64,000 nucleotides of DNA, taken from positions 164,165,235-164,229,234 of the forward strand of contig NC_068983.1 of NCBI RefSeq assembly GCF_001194135.2, given 5' to 3'. A model generated the notes under the pieces. It was not told the origin of the DNA. It searched no databases and saw only the letters and a program-made list of their open reading frames with translations. This DNA is from Octopus bimaculoides. Lineage: Eukaryota. The position numbers and the translations under genes are program-made. Shown here piece after piece: positions 54,179-64,000 of the stretch (position 1 is the first letter of the stretch; every line of letters begins with the position of its first letter).

Positions 54179-55020
54179 ACGACGCTGATGATGTGTTATG
54201 TAAATGTATTATTATGCTGTATCATGACATTAAGTGCATTACTTTCTCTCTGAAATCATATTTTTTTCAAAAAAAGAAAATAAATAAATAAATAGAAAGA
54301 CAAGCACTAAATACCAATTCCACTTCCATAGAGAACAGCTTGCAATGAAGCAAACACAATGGTATCTTCATAAAAATCTGAAGAGAATATCTGAACTCAA
54401 AGAACTTCCAGCCTCTGCATGTTTATGAAAGAAATGAATGCACACGAAACTATTGTGGACATCGGACATTACAGGATCTACCAATACTGTCGTTGCCAAC
54501 AACAACAACAACAACAACAATAATAATGATAATAATAATAATAATACGATGTATGTATATTATATTCGTGTGTGGGGAGCGGGAGAGGTGCAGAGATGTT
54601 ATCTTGCCTTTTTAATTATTTAAAATATTTCTATAAAGAGGAATTGGATGCTGACAAAGAAACCAGAGCTCCATTGATGGAATATAAATAAACAACAATG
54701 GCAGAAGATATTCACGTTGAATTAAAGAACATCATTGTCTGTCTCTTACCGTTCTGCTTACAGATTACATTTGTGAAGTACGTCTTACCTGGTTTCTGCA
54801 TTCACATCAACATAACTTTTCTTTTTAAGTTATCTGGTGTTAATATTACATAACACAGGCACAGGAGTGGCTGTGTGGTAAGAAGTTTGCTTCCCAACTA
54901 CATGGTTCTGGGTTCGGTCCTACTGAGTAGCACCTTGGGCAAGTGTCATCTACTATAGCCTTGGGCCGACCAAAGCCTTGTGAGTGGATTTGGTAGGCGG
55001 AAACCGAAAGAAGACTGTTG

Positions 55021-55057
<37 letters not shown>

Positions 55058-55583
55058 NNNNNNNNNNNNNNNNNNNNNNNNNNNNNNNNNNNNNNNNNNN
55101 NNNNNNNNNNNNNNNNNNNNNNNNNNNNNNNNNNNNNNNNNNNNNNNNNNNNNNNNNNNNNNNNNNNNNNNNNNNNNNNNNNNNNNNNNNNNNNNNNNNN
55201 NNNNNNNNNNNNNNNNNNNNNNNNNNNNNNNNNNNNNNNNNNNNNNNNNNNNNNNNNNNNNNNNNNNNNNNNNNNNNNNNNNNNNNNNNNNNNNNNNNNN
55301 NNNNNNNNNNNNTATGTATATATATATATATATATATATATACATACATATATATATATCCTCCTCCTAGCACTCTGTCGGTTACGATGATGAGGGTTCC
55401 AGTTGATCCAATCAACGGAACAGCCTGCTCGTGAAATTAATGTGCAAGTGGCTGAGTACTCCAGACACGTGTACCCTTAACATAGTTCTCGGGGAGATAT
55501 AGCGTGACACAGAGTGTAACAAAGCTGACCCTTTGAAATACAAGTACAACAGAAACAGGAAGTAAGAGTGAGAGAAAGTTGTG

Positions 55584-55632
55584 GTAAAAGAGTACAGCAG
55601 GTGAAAGAGTACAGCAGGTGAAAGAGTACAGT
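55584..55632. repeat. 17-bp tandem, (GTGAAAGAGTACAGCAG) x about 3
   Basis: Direct observation. Confidence 0.8.
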
Positions 55633-55644
55633 CCAGTTCAGCAT

Positions 55645-56245
55645 ATTTGTCTTTTCTTTTACTTGCTTCAGTCATTTGACTGCGGCCATGCTGGAGCACC
55701 ACCTTTAGTTAAGAAAATTGACCCCAGGACTTACGTTTTGTAAGTCTAGCACTTATTCTAGCGGTCTTTCTTGTCGAACCGCTAAGTTACGGGGATATAA
55801 ACACACAAGCATCAGTTGTCAAGCGATGTTGGGGGGACAAACAAGGACACACAAACATATACATATATATATATATACATATATACATATATATCATCAT
55901 CATCATCATCGTTTAACGTCCGCTTTCCATACTAGCATGGGTTAGACGATTTGACTGAGGACTGGTGAAACCGGATGGCAACACCAGGCTCCAATCTAAT
56001 TTGGCAGAGTTTCTACAGCTGGATGCCCTTCCTAATGCCAACCACTCAGAGAGTGTAGTGGGTGCTTTTATATATATATAAATATACGACGGGCTTCTTT
56101 CAGTTTCTGTCTACTAAATCCACTCATAAAGCTTTGGTCAGATGGAGGCTATAGTAAAAGACACTTGCCCAAGGTGCCATGCAGTGGGACTGAACCCAGA
56201 ACCATGTGGTTGGTAAGCAAGCTACTTACCACACAGCCACTCTTA
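55645..56245 (-). mobile_element. SINE family A interrupted at its central microsatellite by a family B copy (55895-56070)
   Basis: 3' half 55645-55860 and 5' half 56085-56245 flank the family B sequence. Confidence 0.8.
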
Positions 56246-56249
56246 TATA

Positions 56250-56364
56250 TGAACAACAATTGACTTCTATCAATTATTATTTATTAATTCAATACAAAGA
56301 GACTGCATCTCATGTATTGCATTGAATTAATGAATACTAATGGTTGGAAGTCAATTGTTGTTCA
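56250..56364. repeat. Imperfect AT-rich hairpin, possible MITE
   Basis: TGAACAACAATTGACTTC ... GAAGTCAATTGTTGTTCA terminal arms plus inner ATTAATTCAAT / ATTGAATTAAT. Confidence 0.75.
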
Positions 56365-56549
56365 GAAATATTTCTCCATTTTCTATTTTACTCAGTTTTG
56401 ATTCTTAAGAAACTCATGCTTATCCTTGTCTTTACTTATAATTTATGAGCTTAGCAGTTTGGCAAAAAAAGACTGATAGAATAAGTACTAGGCTTACATA
56501 GAATAAATCCTGAGACAAGTAAAAGAGCAATATATAATGTTATGATGTG

Positions 56550-56800
56550 AAGGGGCGTGGCCTAGGGGTTAGGCTGTTGCGCTTATGATCTCTAGGTCAT
56601 GGGTTCAATTCACAGACTTGGTGGTGCATTGTGTTCTTGAGCAAAACACTTCATTTCACATTGCCCCAGTCCCCCTTTCGATCAGGGGGGAATGTTGGCC
56701 TGCTCACCTAGGGAACATTTGAAGGCTAAAACAATGTAAAGTGCATTGTGACCTGTGATATGTAACAACATCTGGTAGAATGGTTGGTCACATGATCATA
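56550..56800 (+). mobile_element. tRNA-headed SINE family E; minus-strand related copy at about 58020-58175
   Basis: GGCGTGGCCTAGGGGTTAG head, GGGTTCAATTC B-box-like motif, GTGTTCTTGAGCAAAACAC body motif. Confidence 0.6.
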
Positions 56801-56872
56801 TGATTATGTTATGATATGCATACAAACACACGCACGCACACACAGACACACACACACACACACACACACATA

Positions 56873-57089
56873 TGAGGGAGTACTGAAAAGTTCCTGGCTT
56901 TAAGGGTGTCATGAAAAGCCTGGCTGGAGACCTAACCTTCTGAGTTCTTTTACTGGGCTTAGAAATACTTAAGAGCCGCACCAATAAGTGTGTGAATCTG
57001 AGAGGGGAATATGTTAAATAAAACCATAATTAACTGATCTTCCTGTATTTTCTTTTACCCAAATCCAGGAACTTTTCAACAACCCCTTG
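56873..57089 (+). mobile_element. Mariner-derived MITE (about 217 bp)
   Basis: TIRs GAGGGAGTACTGAAAAGTTCCTGG / reverse complement AAGGGGTTGTTGAAAAGTTCCTGG; retains transposase C-terminus SRTNKCVNLRGEYVK*. Confidence 0.8.
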
Positions 57090-58362
57090 TTGGCATGAGT
57101 TGGATGGTTTGACTAAGGGCTGGCAAGCCGGGAGGCTGCACCAGGCTCCAATCTGATCTGGCAAGGTTTCTACAGCTGGATGCCCTTCCTAATGCCAACC
57201 ACTCCAAGAGTGTAGTGGGGTCTTTTTACATGCCACCAACACAGGAGCCAGTCAGGTGGGCCTGGCATTGACCGTGCTTGAATAGTGCTTTTTACCTGCA
57301 CAGGTGCCAGTCAGGTGGCACCGGATTTGGTCATACTTTTTATATGCTACTGGCATGGGTTCCTGTCAGGCAGCACTGGTATCAGCCACAATTAGGACTT
57401 CACTTGGTTCATAGGGTTTTCACAAGCACACCTTATTGCCCATCAATTCATGGGTGCTTTTAAATATATATGTGTGTGTATATGTGTGTGTGCATGTGTG
57501 TGTGCATGTGCGCCTGCATGTGTGCGTGTGTGTGTGTGCATGTGTGTGCATGTATCATCATCATCATCATCATCCTCATGCTCATCATCATCATCATCAT
57601 CATCATTCAATGTGCGTGCTCCATGCTGGCTTGTGTTGGCTTGTTTGACAAGATCCGAGGCATCTAAGGATGGCATTATGTTCCAGTGCCTGGTATGGTT
57701 TCTACAGCTAAAAGCCTTTTCTAATGCCAAACATTTTACAGCATGAAGATGCTGCCTTCTTCGTGCCACCTGCACCATTGAAGTCACCGCACAGCTCACG
57801 GTACAACAAGCACTGGTAGAGGTTGGGATCAACCAAATGCCGAAAGATGAGGTGTTAAAGTATGAAGGAATGATGGTTGGAGGAGGGGGTGCTCAGAGCA
57901 AGTTCTTGTAAAGTATCTGCATTGCTAAGGACAAAGCTCCTTCCTAACTCATCGAGACTGAAAGGGCTGCTTTCTTGGTTTCTATGACACATATATTTTC
58001 CCCTTGGACTGGATGTTGGGCCATTGCAGAACTTTCCACATTTCGTAGCTGAGTGGATATGGAGCAATGTGAAACGAAGTGGTTTGCTTAAGAAAACAAT
58101 GCATCACCCAGTCCAGGAATTGAAACCACAATCTTGTGATCGTGAGACCAACTATTTAACCACTAAGCCATGCATCTCCACAACATTGGAAATCTGGCTC
58201 AATGAATTGTCTGACCCATCTGAGTGTCTAACTGTGTCTGTATGTTGAGCAATATTGTGAAAGTAATAAAGAAATATAGAGAAAAGGAGAAAGAGAGAGA
58301 GAGAGAGATGGAAAAAGAAGAGAAAAGTAAAAATGGTAAGGAAGAATGATGACTGAACTTAC

Positions 58363-58435
58363 CTTCCATTTTAGGAGAGCCAGGTAAATCATGAGAATTT
58401 GTTCATCAATGGTTCCACTTAGAACTTCAGAAACA
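58363..58435 (-). CDS. Candidate upstream exon (73 nt)
   Basis: Acceptor ttgtcttctgtccaaacag| and consensus donor AAG|GTAAGT. One frame is open (VSEVLSGTIDEQILMIYLALLKWK, ends phase 0); an alternative reading is 5'UTR plus ATG GAA G. Confidence 0.35.
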
Positions 58436-59135
58436 CTGTTTGGACAGAAGACAAGACACAGACTTAATGCAAAAGTCTTTTTTTTGTTTTTGTTCTAATT
58501 TTTCGTTTTTTTTTTTTTTTTTTACAAGTAACATTTTTATCTTAAAAGAGATTGTGAAGAATTTTTCTTCCTTTAAAACTTAATTCTTACAGAAATACAG
58601 ATTAGTTAAAGACAAAAACAATACAAAACAAAAAATATAAAAAGCAGGTGCATCAGAACAAATTCAATTTCTTTTCTTTCAAATTCTACATTTTCTTATT
58701 TTTATGTTTTTCATCCTTTTATATTTATTTTTTTTTTGCTACTTCCATTCATTTCTTTTTACATTTTTCTCTCACCCTCCTCCTCTCCCCTCTCTCCTTT
58801 TCTCCCTCTCTCCCCTTTTCTCCCTCTCTCCCCTCCCTCCTCTCTTTCATTCTCTAATATTCCTTCTTTTCTCTTTCCTTTTACTTATTCTATTTTAGTT
58901 GTCTGCTTATGTATTAGTCTCATACATTTTCTGTTCATAGTTTTCTTCCTTGACTTTATATACATCCTAGGCCACTGGTAGAAATGTTTCTAAAATTTTG
59001 CTACCCTTTATTATTTTAAGAATATGATTTTAGTAATTTCTGAAGTTATTTGGCATTTTTTTTTATTTACTGATGACTGAAACTACCCTTGTGGGGTGAG
59101 TTTAAAAAATTATAATATATAATGGTGAGACACGT

Positions 59136-59206
59136 ACCCACTGATGAGAACGTCGCCTAGCAAATTATTTTATTTGATACTTAAAGTTCGAAACCTAAGT
59201 CTGGCT
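59136..59206 (+). ncRNA. Type-I hammerhead ribozyme (F3) with long stem II, predicted cleavage after GUC at 59201
   Basis: ACCCA-CTGATGA-GAAC[34 nt containing CAAAT/ATTTG]GTTC-GAAA-CCTAAG-TC-TGGCT; both core boxes intact; stem III near-palindrome ACCTAAGT. Confidence 0.78.
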
Positions 59207-59989
59207 ATAAAAAAACATGGTAAAAGTTTTTATTTTTCATTCCCTTCGAAATTGCTCTTAAATATGGTTTTGGACGTTTTGACTGCCCTTTCTAGCATGT
59301 TAGGCAGCCTGTTAAGGGTCACCTCATTTTGTATTTAAATGTACACTTTTACCAAGGACTATACCTACTGAGGTAATTACCAGGAGTGCCTGTGGATATA
59401 TCTATCCCTTAGAAGTGCCAGGAAGTGCCAGGAAGGCGACGCTGGTAATGATCACACTGAAATGATGCTATTACGTGCCACCGGCACAGAAGCCAGGCGG
59501 CTGGTGCTCTGGCAACGATCACGCTCGAACGATGCTCTTAGCGCTCCACTGGTACAGGTGCCATCACGATTTCGCTTATATATATACATATATATATATG
59601 CATATATACATGTGTGTGTGTATGTGTGCGTGTGTTCTTATATGTTGCCCCTTGTTGTCTCCATGATTAAAAGTACAGATGAACTATTATTATAAGATTA
59701 GTTAATACTAATGTGAATGAAAAATACAGGTTCTTGTGAAATGATTGAATTTCAGCTCTTGTTAATCTTGTCATATTGGCAACAGGTGAGCATTCAAGGA
59801 ACTTTCTGGCTTTAGCCATTGACAGCTTTGAATGGAACACCTCATCTGGCAAAAGAACTGTCATCTGGACTCTCCAATGATTTCCTCTAATTGACTAGAT
59901 TCTTTAAAAATGGTAGAAAATGATTTCAATGTTAACAGTTACCTTTTCAGAAGTTGGTTAGAACTAGCTGCAGTTCAAATTATATGATG

Positions 59990-60056
<67 letters not shown>

Positions 60057-60059
60057 TAG

Positions 60060-60295
60060 AAAAGGAATTATATATTGGTAAAAGAGAGAAATGAAGAAAA
60101 TAAATACCAAGACGAGAAAAATGTTGGCAGTACATGGAATCTTTCACTCTAAGAGTGACACCAATAGGCTGTACATGTCCAGAAGAAAGGGTGGGAGAGG
60201 TCTGATCAGTTGCCAGGACTGTATCGAAGCAGAGGGAAACGGCCTAGGGTGTCATATAAAAAATGCCATGGAGCTACTGTTGAAACACACAGAAT
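60060..60295 (+). pseudogene. R4/Dong-like LINE fragment (post-RT region) directly after an (AAT)n tract
   Basis: KTRKMLAVHGIFHSKSDTNRLYMSRRKGGRGLISCQDC matches the D..RLY..R..GGRGL motif of RLE-clade LINEs. Confidence 0.85.
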
Positions 60296-60298
60296 GGT

Positions 60299-60379
60299 AT
60301 ACATATAACATTCCAATACCTTATGAGTAAAATTGGAAGAGCGAAATTTACTCATAAGGTATTGGAATCTTATATGTAT
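60299..60379. repeat. Hairpin with 36-bp arms (two mismatches) at the 5' side of an F4 PLE-like remnant
   Basis: ATACATATAACATTCCAATACCTTATGAGTAAAATT-ggaagagcg-AAATTTACTCATAAGGTATTGGAATCTTATATGTAT. Confidence 0.88.
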
Positions 60380-60511
60380 CCCATTCTGCCTAAATAATGG
60401 ATCTACAAATACAATATCCCTGCATATCTCACATCTATTTTCATTCCTCCACTTCACTCTCTATTTCATATCTTATCTAGAATAACTATTGTTTAATCAT
60501 CCTCTCACACC

Positions 60512-60559
60512 GTCTCCGATGAAGGGATATAATAAATATCCTGGAAACAGCTGTAAGAC
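60512..60559 (+). ncRNA. Minimal type-I hammerhead (F4), U4C core variant, predicted cleavage after GUA at 60555
   Basis: GTCT-CCGATGA-aGGGATAT aataa ATATCCTg-GAAA-CAGCTG-TA-AGAC; perfect palindrome ACAGCTGT. Confidence 0.75.
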
Positions 60560-60789
60560 ATTCTATTTATAAATATTCTCTATTATACACAGCCTTAGTT
60601 TTTTTAGCTCATTACGCAAAGTAAATCCTTATATACACACGCTGATATATGACCTATGTTGGACCCCTTATTCGCATAATCACTGAACCTTAAGCTTAGC
60701 TATGGTCTATCCATAGCACTCACTCAGCATTACCTGACACCATTACCTCTCATAACCTATATATATATATACACATACATACATATATA

Positions 60790-61013
60790 TTCTTTTACTC
60801 TTTTATTCTTTTATCTGTTTCAGTCATGTGACTCTGGCCATGCTGGAGCACTGCCTTTTGTCGAACAAATTGACCCCAGGACTTATGCTTTGTAAGATTA
60901 GTACTTATTCTATCGGTCTTTTACTGAACTGCTAAGTTACGGGGACATGAACACATCGGCATCGGTTGTCAAGCAATGCTGGGGGGTGCAGCATTGGACA
61001 CACAAACACATAC

Positions 61014-61065
<52 letters not shown>

Positions 61066-61225
61066 GATGAGCTTCTTTCAGTTTCCATCTACCAAATCCA
61101 CTCACAAGGCTTTGGTTGGCCCAAGGCTATAGTAGAAGACACTCACTCAAGGTGCTATGCAGTAGGACTGAACCCGGAACCATGTGACTGGTTAGCAAGC
61201 TACTTACCACACAGCCACTCCTACA
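60790..61225 (-). mobile_element. tRNA-derived SINE family A, full copy
   Basis: Reverse complement of the 63058 copy. Confidence 0.85.
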
Positions 61226-61299
61226 CCTATATAAATATATGTATGTGTATGTATATTGTCAAATGAGTGACATTTTATTTTGCACCGCACCAGTCTACT

Positions 61300-61510
61300 C
61301 AGCAGGCAAAAGTGAGTAGTACCAGTAATTCAAAGGGGCCAGCCTTGTCACATTCTGTGTCATGCTGAATCTCTCTGAGAACTACGTTAGGGGTTAGGCA
61401 TGTCTGTGGAATACTCAGCCACTTGCATGTTAATTTCATGAGTAGAGACGGTTCCATTGATTGGACGAACTTGAACTTACGTCATTGCGACCAACGGAGA
61501 ACCAGTAACT
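61300..61510 (+). mobile_element. Interspersed repeat family D (SINE-like); minus-strand copy at 55370-55545
   Basis: The two copies match each other in reverse complement (GCTGAATCTC.CTGAGAACTA.GTTA.GGG, CTCAGCCACTTGCA..TTAATTTCA). Confidence 0.7.
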
Positions 61511-63057
61511 AGTGAAGTTAATGGTACCGCCGTCTTCATGCATTTAATGTTTTTTTTTTCTTTTACTCTTTTCGGCATTGCTGCTGCAGTCATACTGGAG
61601 CACCACCCTTTTTTATGTCAGTTAGCATCATCATAGTTTGCACCAGTGCATGCTATGTGTTACATTTGTCAACCAATAAAATGTGGAAAGATGTTTTGTT
61701 TTTTTTTTTGTTTCTTTTTTTAAGGCTGCAATCAAAAATTGCAAAGCCAAAAACTGTAACCATGAAACAAATTGCCTTTTATCTTCAGAAGTTTGTCTTT
61801 GTATCTTAGTTCCAATATCACCAGACTATTTCTAACTTTCAGTTTGTTTTTTTTAATGGTTAATAAATTAATAAAATAAATGCCAATAATGTTACAGAAC
61901 TGATTCAATACAAGAATTTTTTGCCTTTCAAAGAAACTAATTATGATTAAGGATTGTCAAATGAGTGACAAATAAAGAATAATCTAAAAGATCTTTTTAT
62001 TTTTAGGAAATAAACTGTTATAAATGAAGGTTTTTATTACGAAAAGTGATGGCAAAAGTGTTTTGATGAATTAAAGTATTGTAGGTGACAGTTCTGTGAA
62101 ATGAGTTTTATGGAATTGGTTTCCTGAAATTGAATGTTCTACGGGGATGATGTAAACATATTTCCTCTTCTTAAAATTAAAGTAATGATGATGATGATGA
62201 TGATGATGACAATAAATATGGTAAAAAGTATGCCTAAATCAAATTTATCCTCTAACAAGTTTGTGTCAAAATTGAGAAAAGAGATTTGTTTGAAATGTAA
62301 TTCCCACGGGGAGTAGTCAGGCGTTTAAAGAGTTTGATTTATTTCCTAATAAGTATATATATATAAATAAATAAATAAATAAATATATATTGAGAGAAAG
62401 CAAGAGAGAAAGAGAGAGAGAGAGAGACATTAGNNNNNNNNNNNNNNNNNNNNNNNNNNNNNNNNNNNNNNNNNNNNNNNNNNNNNNNNNNNNNNNNNNN
62501 NNNNNNNNNNNNNNNNNNNNNNNNNNNNNNNNNNNNNNNNNNNNNNNNNNNNNNNNNNNNNNNNNNNNNNNNNNNNNNNNNNNNNNNNNNNNNNNNNNNN
62601 NNNNNNNNNNNNNNNNNNNNNNNNNNNNNNNNNNNNNNNNNNNNNNNNNNNNNNNNNNNNNNNNNNNNNNNNNNNNNNNNNNNNNNNNNNNNNNNNNNNN
62701 NNNNNNNNNNNNNNNNNNNNNNNNNNNNNNNNNNNNNNNNNNNNNNNNNNNNNNNNNNNNNNNNNNNNNNNNNNNNNNNNNATATATATATATATATACA
62801 TATATAGGATTTGTTATGTTGATGAGGATTTATTATGTTGATAAACTAAGGAAGAATCAGATGATGAACTTTGCTCACTGGAAGATGACTTTTACTCTCC
62901 AGCATCTGCCTCCATCGATGGAAAGTCAGTCAAAATATTCCAACTGGAACATATAACTATAAGGTCTTGCATTGTGGTCAGTCTTATATGAAGAAGAGAT
63001 TGTATGTGAAACAGTGGAAGAATTAGAGCTAATAGATGGACATTGAAATTTATAATT

Positions 63058-63220
63058 AGGTGCAAGAGTGGCTGTGTGGTAAGCAGCTTGCTTACCAACC
63101 ACATGGTCATGGGTTCAGTCCCACTGCATGACACCTTGGGCAAGTGTCTTCTACTATAGACTCAGGCTGACCAAAACCTTGTGAGTGGATTTGGTAGACA
63201 GAAACTGGAAGAAGCCCATC

Positions 63221-63282
<62 letters not shown>

Positions 63283-63495
63283 GTGTGTGTGTGTATGTTT
63301 GTGTGTCTGTGTTTTTCCCCCCAACATTGCTTGACAACCAATGCTGGTGTGTCCCCGTAACTTAGCGGTTCAGCAAAAGAAACTGATAGAATAAGTACTA
63401 GGCTTATAAAGAATAAGTCCTGGGGTCAGTTTGCTTGACTAAAGGTAGTGCTCCAGCATGGCCGCAGTCAAATGAGTGAAACAAGTAAAAGAATA
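63058..63495 (+). mobile_element. tRNA-derived SINE family A, full copy
   Basis: GAGTGGCTGTGTGGTAAG head, GGTTCAGTCCC B-box-like motif, central (TA)n(TG)n, A-rich 3' end. Confidence 0.85.
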
Positions 63496-64000
63496 AAAAA
63501 AAATAAATTAAAGAAGTAACAGTTAAGAGTACAACCAACAAATGTTTGTTAGGAATGCTTAAGTTTATGACAAAACAATTGGTAATTAAACAAATAGCCA
63601 TTAATGAGCAAAACTGAAAGGAAGAATTGAAAAGGAAATGGTTTTGTTCATTTTTGTAATCTTCTCTGTGAGAGTCACAGATGCCTAAAAGATACCTGAC
63701 GAGCTGAAGCATCACCAGTCCAGAACTTCACTCTCAGAGAATATTGGTTTCAAAGTGTGACGCAAGGCCAGTAATTTCAAGGAAGGGCCAAATTAATTAC
63801 ATCGACACCCCAATGTCCCATTGGAATTTATTTTATCCACACTGAAAGGATGAAAGGCAAAGTCAACCCCAGCTGGATTTGAACTCTGAATGCAAAGACA
63901 GACCAAATGCCACCAAGCACTCTACTGATTCTGCCAGCTTGCTGCTTTACTCTCAGAGACTATCAGAAGGAATTTCTTCTGTTCAGTGGTTGAATCTCTA

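Noticed and set aside
57855-58067. Short ORF ...SSPFSLDELGRSFVLS...
   Set aside because: Partly overlaps a SINE and has no splice signals.
59070-59082. CTGATGA-CT-GAAA
   Set aside because: No room for stem II and no stem I or III; chance match.
59667-59900. Short non-repetitive ORF MTVLLPDEVFHSKLS...
   Set aside because: No convincing donor and no recognisable motif.

Overview
AT-rich, microsatellite-saturated eukaryotic DNA with assembly gaps; the repeat content resembles an octopus genome (inferred from repeat style, not verified). One long minus-strand protein-coding gene is supported. It has a 3081-nt exon (30926-27846), a 1673-nt exon (21050-19378) and a probable terminal exon (11154-11049), all phase-compatible. 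Together they encode at least 1619 aa of Ser/Thr/Asn-rich, probably disordered protein with a coiled coil spanning the first junction. I do not recognise the protein; candidate upstream exons lie at 45204-45103 and 58435-58363. The rest is intronic or intergenic and full of mobile-element remnants: tRNA-derived SINEs, Penelope-like elements (PLEs), RTE and R4/Dong-like LINE fragments, a near full-length DD37D (maT) transposon, mariner remnants and a miniature Gypsy LTR element. The most notable signal is a set of minimal type-I hammerhead ribozyme motifs with palindromic stem III, from at least four different repeat families. Several sit in or next to long fold-back inverted repeats, and one lies in a 341-bp tandem unit that looks like a retrozyme (non-autonomous PLE). 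One PLE terminal repeat also carries a tRNA-like Pol III promoter upstream of its ribozyme. All structures were read by eye; no searches or folding were run, and repeat boundaries are approximate unless stated.
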